Source: Vermamoeba vermiformis (Eukaryota). From it: a stretch of 64,000 bases of DNA. The translations under genes were made by a program, and so were the position numbers. The stretch spans positions 620,001 to 684,000 of the forward strand of contig JBEWZL010000179.1 in assembly GCA_045837725.1 (NCBI GenBank). Direction: 5' to 3'. The notes under the pieces were generated by a model. That model saw nothing but the letters and a program-made list of their open reading frames with translations, ran no database searches and had not been told where the DNA came from. The stretch's first letter is position 1; the number at the start of each line of letters is the position of its first letter. This document shows positions 1 through 11,520 of the stretch, piece by piece.

Positions 1-211
1 TAATCCCTTTATTCTGATTAAAGGATAACTTCCAATTGTTTGTTGTGTCCGTAATGTTTAACCAGCTGCCTGCAGTGGCCCAGATCGGAAAATAGAAATC
101 TTCGTTGTAAGTCGATATCACTTCCGATTCGGATTGTTCGATAACTGCTGCCAGTATGATACCGACTAGCGCCAAATAGGCAGCCAATGCTCTGGGAGAT
201 GATCTTTTCAT
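1..211 (-). CDS. 5' part of a secreted or membrane protein that runs off the window start
   Basis: ATG at 211 gives MKRSSPRALAAYLALVGIILAAVIEQSES..., a signal-peptide-like start. The frame stays open to position 1. Confidence 0.55.
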   Translation of the reverse strand, partial: MKRSSPRALAAYLALVGIILAAVIEQSESEVISTYNEDFYFPIWATAGSWLNITDTTNNWKLSFNQNKGI

Positions 212-575
212 TGTTACTATGAAAGCAATAATTACGATAAAAACCGAAACTTTTATGTCTTGCATTGATTGACAAATCAGGATTTGAGCCGATTTCAAGA
301 CAAGACAGGTAGATTTTGTAGTAATTTGACATAAGAATTACGAGTAATTCGAAGATAGAACTAGCTATCGTAAATTTCAGCCACTTACTTCGGACTCACT
401 CTATAATATATTAAATTTGCCGGCATTCTTTATCAAAATTGCGTTTGATATTATGTGCTAAAGAAATACACTTGAATTTTTTGCAATTTCCAACGGTATT
501 GCTCCAGCGGTTGGAACGGGTTAGGGTATAAAAATTCGGATCAGACTTACAAATTAACCGAATCATAAGACTACA

Positions 576-1430
576 ATGAAGTGCCTAAATTTCTTGCTTA
601 TAATTGCGCTGGTCCACTTGTGTCGCGCGAACGGATCTGATCCGTGTATAAACGCGGCAAATCCAGACCAGATCATAGAGTTTCGATACACGGAAGACGT
701 CAGTGACTATCTTGGGCTAGATGGCGTGCGCAATGTGACCGATTCAACTGGCTGCCAAATCTTAGAGATTGACAGTATGTTTTTTACGCAGAATAATAGG
801 CCACGCTGTAAGTGTTAATAATACTCTCGCATTTTGAGTCGTAATTAATTTACCGAGATTAGTTTTTGAAACGTTCTTTGCTGTTACTTTGAACGGAAGA
901 CTCTTCGATATTTGTGGATCACAATCCAGTCCGCTCTCAGTTTCCGTGCGCCCAGCACGACTTAACGCCACAAAATTAGAAGTCAATGCCATCGACCAAA
1001 CCGCTATCCTTGGCCCTTTTGTGGTTCCAGGTCAGTTAAATTCATCGATCCGCATTTTTGAAAAAAAATTCGTGGAATTCTAATCTTAATAATTTTAGGG
1101 GGCCTAGAACTAGCAAACAATACGATCGTTAAACAATTCAATTTGGTGACCAAAAATACCTACATATTCTCGCCAATTTCCGAGCCAACCAACGCGTTCC
1201 AAAGCGACACAATAGCACCGTATTATTTCCAGGAACCGACTTGCACATCACGCCGCAGACTAACTGGGATGCTAAGAAGTGTTTCGTCACCGTTATTCGA
1301 GTTCTCTATCGAAATTTCCGGTGGACCGACGTATTTCTTTAGTTTGCCGGCAGGCACTAAATTTCAATCGTCATTCCAGCAGACCAAGTTTTTCTACGAG
1401 CACTGTACTTGCAGGACCTCAAGCGGATAA
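576..1430 (+). CDS. Secreted hypothetical protein, 3 exons (about 576-807, 863-1030, 1099-1430)
   Basis: Signal peptide MKCLNFLLIIALVHLCRA. GT-AG introns join three ORF-track fragments in frame. TATAAAA lies at about 527. Confidence 0.65.
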
Positions 1431-1592
1431 ACTAGCCAGAAAATCTCGTCAAAATTTCAATTATCGCCATATAATAAATAGCTATTTTTCTTCGTGATCG
1501 AATTAAAACTTCATTATATTAAACAGCTTTAATTTCAACAATGTAGTTTAATGTACTTAATGTACGTACTTAATTGCGCCATTTATCAACGC

Positions 1593-3666
1593 TTATTTCT
1601 TCTTGTAATGAAAGTTAGGCTTCTCAGCTTTCCACCACTCGCGCATGAACTCTTCGCATTCTTTACGAGTGCCGGTTGGGTGCCTGAATTGCCAATCTAA
1701 TAGCGTTGAATTTAAGTAGCCCGCAACTGGACCGGAGGTCTCTCCGAGAATGTACAACAGTTCGTGGGTCTGAAAAAGTAATTATTAATGTTGGATCCGG
1801 TTCATTCGGCCAAAAGTATCCTTACTCTAATTAATGGCTCTACTTCAAATGCGCTCATGAGGGTCTTGTTTTCCAGGTAATTCGTCAGCAAGTCAAATCT
1901 CGCCTTAATCTCCGGATCTATCGTCAAATCAAATTCGACTTCATTTTCATCTTCAAACCGTGCCTTTAACTTTGATAATGTCTGTACTATTTGCGCTATC
2001 ATATACGATTGTTGCCATTTAGCACCAAGTGACCGAATAATCCTTGCTGGAATTGCGGGATCCAGCTCGTCACCCAAAGTGTCAAAATCGCTTAGTATTG
2101 TTATCCACTCAAGTGCGTTAATCATCATATCAAACGCTGTATTGGCGCACTTATTATTGACTCGCCATTTTTGACTCATTCCGTACTTCGTGAACGGAAA
2201 TTGTTCCGGATCTGTCACTAAGAACGGCAACAAGGCAAAACTGTAGAATATGACTGATACATTGAATTGATCTTCACCTTCGGTTAAACTATAGTGATCA
2301 TATTAATGAGTATTAAAGAAGCTAATTGATATTAGTCGTACTTGTTGAAGGCGTATTTGACGCTGCTCCAAGCCATTCTGTGGTGCACTTCGCGCCACAC
2401 AGATTCGTTATCTTTAGTAAAAACAGCCTCGTGCATATGATACTTGAAGAATAGTTGGAGGCCAATAAGCGGTTTTGAAGCTAAAAATGGTATTAGATTG
2501 TATTCACCAACGTGCTCTGGTCGCAAACTTACCCTTGAGAATTTTCTCGAGCTCAATAATTTTTCGTTCAGGTGACACTTCGAGCAATAATTTCTGTATT
2601 GAATATTAGTATTGTAAGCATACATGCATATAAACGTACTATAGTCTCGGGCTTATTAAGGCGCGCAATGAGTGACTCGTGTATGGTAAAATTGGACTTG
2701 CCGGCAAATCGTGCTAAAGTGAGGTGTCAACGAGTGTCAAGTACAAAAAATCATTCAAACGTACCGGTACGAATAATTCTTAACGGGTCTTGTCCCCAAA
2801 TTATTTCTGGTGCCAGAGGCGTCCTTAATATTTTATTTTTTACGTCGTCCAAACCGCTCTTCAAAAATGTTGTTAGACCACCGTCTTTCGAACAAATTTT
2901 AAACTTACGCCGGTATAATCTTCGACTAACTTTGTCCGTATATTGTAAAATAAGGCATTGATAGTTAAATCGCGGTTAACTGCATCTGTTTCAGGTGTAC
3001 CTATCTATATAAAAGTTGGTCAAACATGGTATTTTACAGCGGATCTGGATCGAACTTACTTCGGTAGAATTTACATCCGCTCGTAGATTAACAAAGTCTA
3101 TATGAGTGTTGCATATTATCATCATCGTATTATCAAGACTTTTATGCCTGACGGGGTTTGCTGGCAGATACGAAATGCCTTGAACTTTTGTCGGATGATT
3201 TTCTTTGATTAATTGGCATAATAATGATACGGGCATAGTATCAATAACTACATCTATATCTGCACTTTCTAAACCGAGTAACTAAAGACAAAATTATCAG
3301 CTGTACATTCCCAAAAATAGAAAAACTCTTAAAATTAAAACCAATCGAGTACACCACTAAATAAAATAATAGTGCACGATAATATTATCAATTAATGAAA
3401 TAATTATTGTATTACCTTGTCTCTAACCCATCCGCCAGCAACTCTGTAAAATAATTTTGAGAAAATTTCAATAATTAAAATAATGGTCTTACAAAACATA
3501 TCCACCATTAATTAACTTATTTAAAATTTACTTACCTCGCTTGAATTTTTTTATCTGGCGACACCAGATCTAACAGCTGAACAATTGTAGAAAATATCTC
3601 CTCTTCTACGGGCAGTAGCTTGACAGTAGTGCTGTCACTATCTTTAATATTATTTGGCCTCTCCAT
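1593..3666 (-). CDS. Class II tRNA nucleotidyltransferase (CCA-adding family), probably CC-adding type, multi-exon
   Basis: Motifs RVAGGWVRDK...ESADIDVV (A), IDFVNLR, GTPETDAVNRDLTINALFYN (B), VEDYTG (C) and QDPLRIIR (D). Confidence 0.9.
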
Positions 3667-3767
3667 ATTTCTATTTGGAATAAAATTTCGATCTGTTTCT
3701 TCTTGTGTGCGCCTTTTGTGGGTGTGAAATCAAAATCAATTCATAAATCTTGTCTAACGTCGTCACC

Positions 3768-5685
3768 ATGCAAGGAAATGAATCTAATATAACTAACGTA
3801 TGTAATTATATAATCATTTGACGCGGTAATTTAATGCTTGGTTCGATCGCAGGCGCACATGTGCTTGATCCAAGCTGACAAGTTTCTGCAGCAGCATCAA
3901 TGGAGTGAAGCAAACAAAAAATATGTAGAGTATGTATTGGACATTTAATAGTCTAGTCTTGCAGCAAGAGAATGACAAATCCAACGCCTTTATTTAATAT
4001 AATTAGTTCCTTGCGGTAGTAAATATTTTTACACTAATATTTTCGTACAATAGAGCATCTAAAATATTTCAAGCGGCTGTATTAGCCACAGACGACCCTC
4101 AGGTAATTAATCTCCTTTATTATTCTTATTTTTTCATTTTCACGAATTTTCAACGTCTTATTGATTTGCAATACCACTTCTATTTAAATGAACTTATAAT
4201 ATTAAATATATAAATATCTTTCTTAAATCCAAATTCTGCTTTACCGAATCTTATCAATTCCGCGCCGAAATTGCAGTCTGAATTTAATCTCCAAACAGCC
4301 TCTAACATCAATATAATTATTCCTTAATAGGCCAAACGTAGTTTTGAAGCGATGGTCGTTCATTGCAACGAGAAAGCACAGCTCATTCAAAGCTATTTAA
4401 TGTCAAACTCGATCGATCTGTCAGACACTGCCAATTTTAGCGACGAAGAACCAAATTCGCGGGACGAAGATTCGCAAATATATTTAGACGACTACTATAA
4501 TAACCAATCAAACGTATTCCAACAAAGAATAGTTTTCGGTGGATCGACAATTGAAGAGGAAGTTATTGATCTTTATTTGAGGCCACTAGAGGATGCTGAT
4601 AGGGCTAAAAATAGTAAAACTGCAAAATCAGAAGAGAAAAATAGCGATTGGTGGGGTGTAGGCAAAATTTTCAGAAATTTACTCGGATCGCCCACGAACG
4701 ATACAAAAGAGCCTAAAAATAATGAGGACCTGTTATCAAGTACGACAATACCATTCGCAAATATACACTTAACTAACATATTTTTAGATCATTCGACGCT
4801 CGATACGTCATTTTATGTCATGGCTGATGAAGCTCGAAAACGGATGCTCAACAAGCACGGCAAAAATACTCCGCCGTCAACAACACCAACTGAAAATACG
4901 CAGAAAACTAATAATAGTAACACCCCTATGAGAAAGAGTAATGATAGTATTGTCATTCCTGATGAAAAGAAAACGAAACAAGATCTGCTCGAAGAATTGA
5001 AAAAGCTTCGCAAAACGGTGCAAATTTTATCACAGCAGAATGCTATTTTACTATCGGTAAGTATCACAATATAATATTAGACTCATATATCATTACTGAC
5101 ATGCTCTTATAGTCCACGACAACTCCAGTAATGCACGGGCTCATTCACGAAAATACGCAGCTCAGACGCTCAATCATAATGATGCACCACCGCTCGAAAA
5201 AGACTGTAAGCCGTAATATAACGTCCTCGCAATATACCTGGTGCCTAATTACGATTGCATAGAAAGCTGAAGGCGACGCTCAAAATCTATCTATGATTCA
5301 GGAGTCCAAAGGTGCACCTCAAACAGCCCCTGTGACACCTGTCAAAATTCAAATCAGCGCGCCTACAGAGAGCACTAAGAGACCTCACTTATCAGCCCAT
5401 AATGCACCCCATAGTATTCAACCTCAGTTTAATGACACCAAACTTAAAGAATTGGAGGAAAAAGTTGCGAAGTTGACATCCGAAATGCAGGCAAAGGTAC
5501 ACTTACTCAATCTAAACCGCTACGTATACTAATATTATTCTTAGGATGAAGAGTTGTCTAAATATAAAAAGAGGTGGAAAGTGTTAAAAACATCTGCAAA
5601 ACAACGGCAGAAATCGGCCGAACATAACGGATCGAACTTCAGTTTGACGAATGAAAGCTTCAAACGAGCTTCTAATGAACTATAA
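3768..5685 (+). CDS. MIT-domain plus C-terminal coiled-coil protein, NRBF2/Atg38-like
   Basis: Spliced N-terminus MQGNESNITNAHMCLIQADKFLQQHQWSEANKKYVEASKIFQAAVLATDDPQAKRSFEAM resembles the NRBF2 MIT domain. Coiled coils follow, then a C-terminal KKRWKVLKTSAKQRQ. Confidence 0.55.
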
Positions 5686-5855
5686 TGTATTATTTTGTTA
5701 ATATGTATATTGTTGATTGTAATATTGTTCTTATGCCTGTTTATTGTACTGTAAATAAAAACTGTTGTAGAGTGCTATGTTGTTAATCAATTTATTTACA
5801 AATAATGCACAAAAATTAAATACCGTTACTCACTTCACCAAAAAGGCAACGCCTA

Positions 5856-6449
5856 TTAATCATCCTTATAGTTTGTTGTAACGATCTTTGGCTTTTCAAA
5901 CACATCCGAGTCACGCAAAGGTAGATGTCGATCCATGAAGTGTTGTCGCCTAAATTGCCAAATTAATCAATTCTAATTCGTGCAATATGATATAACACCA
6001 AAAATGACGATATTATTCGTCCATTACCTTAGTAAACGAATGTGCCTGTCGTAATCAGCAGGATCTAGCCTCTTGTCTGTATAATAGTGTGCCTCCTTTT
6101 GACTATTGCCAGGAACTAACTCCCCGTCCTTCATAACAAATTTTCCTGTTGTTCCTACGGAAAACAAAATGTCAATAAAGCAGATCCGCGATTAATTATT
6201 AATTTCTTTTTTAAAATTACCGAAAACTTTGCCTTTGCGAGGAGCTATCATTTTCAAAAATCCTAACTTCGATTCTCCATGTTTAATTAACTCTTGAATT
6301 TTTTCAGCATCGTTCTCGCTCTTGTGATCCCTGAACTCAGATCTGAGTTGTGGCAGGGCCTCGGCTTGCTTCTTCGGGCTGAGTAATCGAACAAGCCTAT
6401 GTAAATCACGATATAAACGCAAAACTTGGCTCTTAGGTGTTGTTGCCAT
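5856..6449 (-). CDS. LYR-motif (Complex1_LYR family) protein, 3 exons
   Basis: SQVLRLYRDLHRL...LRSEFR. Downstream exons end in YKDD*. Confidence 0.8.
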
Positions 6450-6696
6450 GGAGAAGCATTAATTAAAATGACACGATCCACCCAGGTTTGAAAAATAAGC
6501 TGACACGACAAAGCAAGCCCGTGGGCCAATAATCACAATGTGCGCACGTCGTAACATGCAGACGTAAGTCAACACTACTGAACAAAAGTACCTTCACTTC
6601 ACGAAGGGCAAATCCAAACGGATGTGGCTTGAAAATTATTTATTCGTAATTTTCAATTTACAAATATTGGTGTTTTTTGATTTTTAATTATAAGTC

Positions 6697-7459
6697 TTAT
6701 TTTTGGGACTTGAACCAGTTCAACAACCAGTCCAACTCGGCGGAGGGCTCACCTAATTGTCGAATAAAATTAATACCTCGTTCCAATATTTAGCCAAATG
6801 AATATTATTAATCTATTGAATTGTAGTCGATAATTTTTCGCCAGTGGCTCCATCATTATTAGTCGTTAAAAAAAATTATCGGATGGTGATCAGATTTCTG
6901 CTTACCGTAGTCTCTGATGACGACGCAAGAAGCACCAACAACCTTGCGGGCATTGCCGGTCTTATCGCGCTTGCACAAACCAGCCCATTCTCCCAACTTC
7001 ATGGAGTCATCAACCTTCAAAAGTTGGATGTTGTGGGCCTTGCACAAAGCTTCGATGAGCTTGACGTATTCACCCTACGTAATAACGCCATTTAGATTGT
7101 TGTCCATAATTAATAAAACGAATGAATATCAACAAATAAAAAATTATAATAATCCAGATTTGATCGATTGTTCTCGTCTGTTGCTGCCAAATAATATCTT
7201 ACCTCCTCGCAATTCTTAGCCAAGAGGCAAAGGTGAGCTTCCTTTCGGTCGAGGGCTTTAACGCACTCACGGAGACCACGAGCGAGACCATCGTGGATCA
7301 AAGACTTCTTAAGGACGGCTTGAAGGGCGGTGTTAACGTCCATTTCAGCACCAATAGGTTGGGCAACCACATCTCTTTATATGGGTAATTATTATTTAAT
7401 TCTGGAATTATTTGTATGCTGAATCTGCGAATATTTACCCTGCTCCTTGATCGGCCATT
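6697..7459 (-). CDS. RPS12: 40S ribosomal protein S12 (eS12), multi-exon, with a 5' UTR intron
   Basis: [32 protein letters not shown] and [27 protein letters not shown]. Confidence 0.97.
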
Positions 7460-7791
7460 TTAACTTGTTTACCTCAAGTGAGTTTCCTTACTAAATACAA
7501 ATATTATCAGCATTTATTCGAGCATCGTCAAAATCGCGTCAATAAGAAACCTACATGGGTTATTGTTCGTATCAGAGAGGACAAAGGAAAGAAGATAATC
7601 TCGTCGCCAATTTTGGTTTTATGGAAATAAATTTGATAAAAATTCGTTCCCGTGACTTAATCGGTCGCAGTTAAGCCATGAAATCAGATCGAGCATTTCC
7701 TGGAAATAGGAATAACACAAGAGAATAAAATCGACATTTTACCACAATATGTCCTCGTTTCTTTCAGCCAGCGCAATAGATCCAGTAAATT

Positions 7792-10195
7792 ATGGATCCC
7801 ACGAGCAGTTCTTCGGACCTGTCGCGATCTCAAGCCCCGGTATTAAGCGCTAATAATAATTCCACAAATAACCCAAACGAGCAATTTATTTCACCGTCCT
7901 TGTCTATTCCAAACTTCGTTGAGCAATGTAAGTACTTACAACGGTAATAATAATAATTTCGAAAATAACGTGTAATTATTTAAAATATCGTCCTAAAATT
8001 ATTTTAGACTACAAAAATTCTACTTTTCATCACCTATCAACATGGCGAATGAAGATGCAACAAATGGCGCGACAAGCTGTTCATCTCGACGAGCAACCCT
8101 TACCCGCAAAGCCAAAGGGAGCAGGAAGCGAGAATTCATCGCAAAGCAGTGGCAGCAGTGGAAGGTCGAGCGATTTGTTTTCTTCGAGTACTAGCAGTCC
8201 TGAACAACGCAAATCCGCACCTCAAGTCAATAAGGCCGCCTTAGCAGCACAGAAGTTGCCTGTGTCTCCCGCGAAGCTTTTGCAAGAAGAAGAGCGAATC
8301 ATCTTGCACATTGACATGGTACGTATGCTTCTCACTGTTTACAAGCATTTTGGAGCATTGATCTGAAGTTCAACCGAGACGGCGACGAACGATCTGCGTC
8401 TGTGTCCTTGCTAATTGTTTTTTTTTTTCTCTCAGGATTGCTTTTACGTGAGTGTTGCTCGACGAGATAATCCTGGTCTCAATGGCTTGCCCGTCGTTAT
8501 TTGTCCATCGAAGAACATCCTGGGCACTTCAGAGATCTCCTCGTGCAGTTACGAGGCACGACAGTACGGCATCAAAGCACGCATGTACGTCAACGAGGCA
8601 CGCAAGTTGTGCCCGGATATTGTTGCGCTGCCTTGTCAATTTGAGAAGTACGAGAAAGCCAGCGAGGCATTGTACGCGGAGCTGTTCAAGTGGTGCGGTG
8701 CGAGCCGAAGAGACACGGAAGGTGTTCAGTCTGATGTGATGGAAGCTGTGAGCTGCGACGAGGCCTTCTTGGATATCACGGATTGGGGCTGGGACCGCGC
8801 TGATACCATGGCGGTAGAGCTCAGGCAAGTTTTTCAAAATCAACAACACGAAATTTTTCAGTTTCTTACCTTTTGTACAGACAAGCGGTTTTTAACGCCA
8901 CTGGCTGCCCGTGTTCTGTTGGTATAGCGAAGAATCCTGCTCTGGCGTACATGGCCAACAAACACTTCGCCAAGCCTTCGAAAGGAGCTTCGGGCGTGTA
9001 CATCTTGTATCCGGACGAGCACGACCCCGCACGCGCGGCAGAGTTCAAGTATTATCAAGCGGCTGAAGAACGAAGTATTCCTGATCAGAACACAACGGCG
9101 TTCTTGAGCAAGTTGAATTCCGTGTCAGATCTGCCTGGTGTTGGTGCTGCTCTTACTAAGAAGTTAGCGGAGCAGAGTATCGTGAAAATCATTCCCGACC
9201 TTCAAATCCAATCCCTCACAAAGCTGCAGAAGGTGCTTGGAAACAGCACGGGCATTCGACTATTCCAACTCTCGCGAGGTGTGGATCCGAGACCTTTGTG
9301 CGCAAGCAAAGAGCGCAAGAGCATCTCAACGCAGATTTCATGGGGCGTGCGTTATCAGACCGACGAACAGATCAAGGCATTTTTGGAGGATCTCTCGCGT
9401 GAGTTGAAGAAACGTCTCGAAGAGATCTCCATGCTCGCCAAGCGCGTTGCTTTACGGTTGAGGAAGCATTCACAAGGAGACAAAGAGTCCGACAAATTTA
9501 TGAATCCTGGCCAAGGGCAGAACATTTCACGCTCCGTGACCTTGCCCGAGGCGACGAGTGATGACGCGGTCATTGCCGATGCTGCATTCAAGTTGTACAA
9601 GGCGATGAAGCTGACACCAACCGAGGTTCGTGGAGCAGCCCTGGCTTGTGAACAGTTGACGAAGAAGTCGTCCAGCAAACGCCGCAACAAATCCACTAGT
9701 AACGCACCGAAGGTGAATACTTTGCTGCAATTTTTGAAGCCCAGCGCGAAGACTGAAAGCGCTGCCATCACGAGCAGTTCAAACACACTGCCAGCCCCTC
9801 CAGAAGTCAATGATTTATCGTCGTCAGAGCCGGATCTGTCGCTGTTTTTTGACGATGAAAAGTCGAGCAGTCCCGAACCCGAAGAAATTTTGCTCTTCAG
9901 CGACGACGACGAGTCTGGTCATTCAATGTCAGCCAGTAACACGACAATACCTGCACCTCCTCCCGTCGAGTTTATCTCTGCCAAGAAGCTCTTGGAGACA
10001 ACGCCAGTCCCGCCCAAACCGAAGGCTGTGCCTCCTGTTGCGAGCGCTAAAAAGAAGCCCAGTCCCGCAGCTAAAAAGCAACAGCAAAAGAAAAGAAAAG
10101 CAGACACCGAGGCAACTCAACACGACACTAATGAGCCGCCAAAAAAGAAAATGAAACAAACCACGTTGTTTCAAATGATGCCTGCCAAGAAGTGA
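7792..10195 (+). CDS. REV1: Y-family DNA polymerase, REV1-like, with an atypical N-digit and no BRCT, 4 exons
   Basis: IILHIDM|DCFYVSV, EISSCSYEARQYGI, AVSCDEAFLD, LPGVG and RKSISTQISWGVR. N-digit-like segment YYKNSTFHHLSTW. Confidence 0.85.
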
Positions 10196-10566
10196 CGATC
10201 CGCCGTACTTTGATTTGTAAATAATCCTGTTTCATAAAAAAATTGATTTTCCTTTGCTGGCTCGTGTCTTATAATATAATATTCGTATTTCAATATTATC
10301 CTCCGTCATGGTATTTTTGAATTTTGTTGAGTTTATTGAATCTGAACCGAGTTGCTGTTCTGATTATCAAAGAGCTTGTGGTTTTAGCAGTTGCTATATT
10401 GTTATATTATATACACGTTGTATGCTGAATGGCCATTTTGTAATATTAATCTGATCTGTTAAGAAAAAAAGAGGTCAGATTTCCGGATTGATCGACAGTC
10501 AAATTGACCCAAAGTATCTCCAATAGCAACCGTAGTTAAAAATTACCTTTCATGCGAGTATATAAT

Positions 10567-11126
10567 TTAGTGCTTGTGGCCGTAAGCTTGAGCAAAGGCT
10601 TCGGACTTGGATTTGCCTTCGCTGCGGGCTTGGTAGAACTTCCACCATCCTTTAATTCAAATAATTAATATATTGTGCGTATTTTCAATATTGATAATGA
10701 ACTTACTGGATTCTGCCTTAACACGGTCTATTGAAAGAAGAAAAAAAATTGTTAGTAAATGCAACGGTAGATACGCGAGCATAATAATGGAAAATTTAAT
10801 ACAATATTATAATAATTAATAATTGTCGATATTCTAATTAATATAATGTTTGAAACAGCTAATAAAGCCAATAAAACAATTATAACGATTTTTGATGCAG
10901 AAAATTATTTTTCTATAAAATGCGCCTAATCGCCAAATAAATAAATTAATTCGTGTTAAATATGCTTACTGGAGACGGCAGAGTAATCTTGAGGCTTCAA
11001 AATACCACGGAACAAGTATCCAGTAGTGAACATGGCAAGAATGAAGGGACCAGTACCCCTCATGTGACCAGCAGACATGAAGCGGGCGAAGCCAGAGTGA
11101 GTGGGAACGATTTTAGCGGGTTCCAT
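10567..11126 (-). CDS. Small single-pass membrane protein (about 85 aa, 3 exons), possibly a mitochondrial inner-membrane subunit
   Basis: MEPAKIVPTHSGFARFMSAGHMRGTGPFILAMFTTGYLFRGILKPQDYSAVS|NRVKAES|RWWKFYQARSEGKSKSEAFAQAYGHKH*, joined by GTAAG-AG introns. Confidence 0.7.
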
Positions 11127-11520
11127 GATATGTGTATGATCGTTGGTCAAAAACAAAGATATCAGCAACTTTGATCTAAACACTTTTTGCAACCAACGAA
11201 CACAGATGCAGTAACTCACGCGCAACTCACCAAAATTGCTAAATATATAATAATTCTAATTAATGAATATTTCTTCGATACGTCGTATAGTTTTTTTTAT
11301 CACCCCGAAGGAAGCAAAACTTTAGATTTGAATCTCAGCGTTTCTAAAATAAGGTATAATATTAATTCTATGAAATCAATCGTATTTGAACATTTTGTAA
11401 TAACTAGACGTCCAAAATTAAGCTGGGATGAGACGTCTGGTCACTACGGTGATTCTGCGGTTCCGCCCCTACCATTTATTGAAATTTAAATTTAAATTTA
11501 ATTGATAGCACCATATTACG

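Noticed and set aside
18-332. ORF-track 104-aa minus-strand ORF
   Set aside because: A different frame starting at 211 gives a convincing signal peptide; this frame has no recognisable features.
1816-1825. GTATCCTT resembling a U12 5' splice site
   Set aside because: It is on the non-coding strand; it is the reverse complement of an ordinary GTAAGG donor region of the minus-strand gene.
8529-10174. Antisense and alternative-frame ORFs over REV1, and likewise over AGXT2, ppsA and the kinases
   Set aside because: These are shadow ORFs of GC-richer coding sequence with no motifs.
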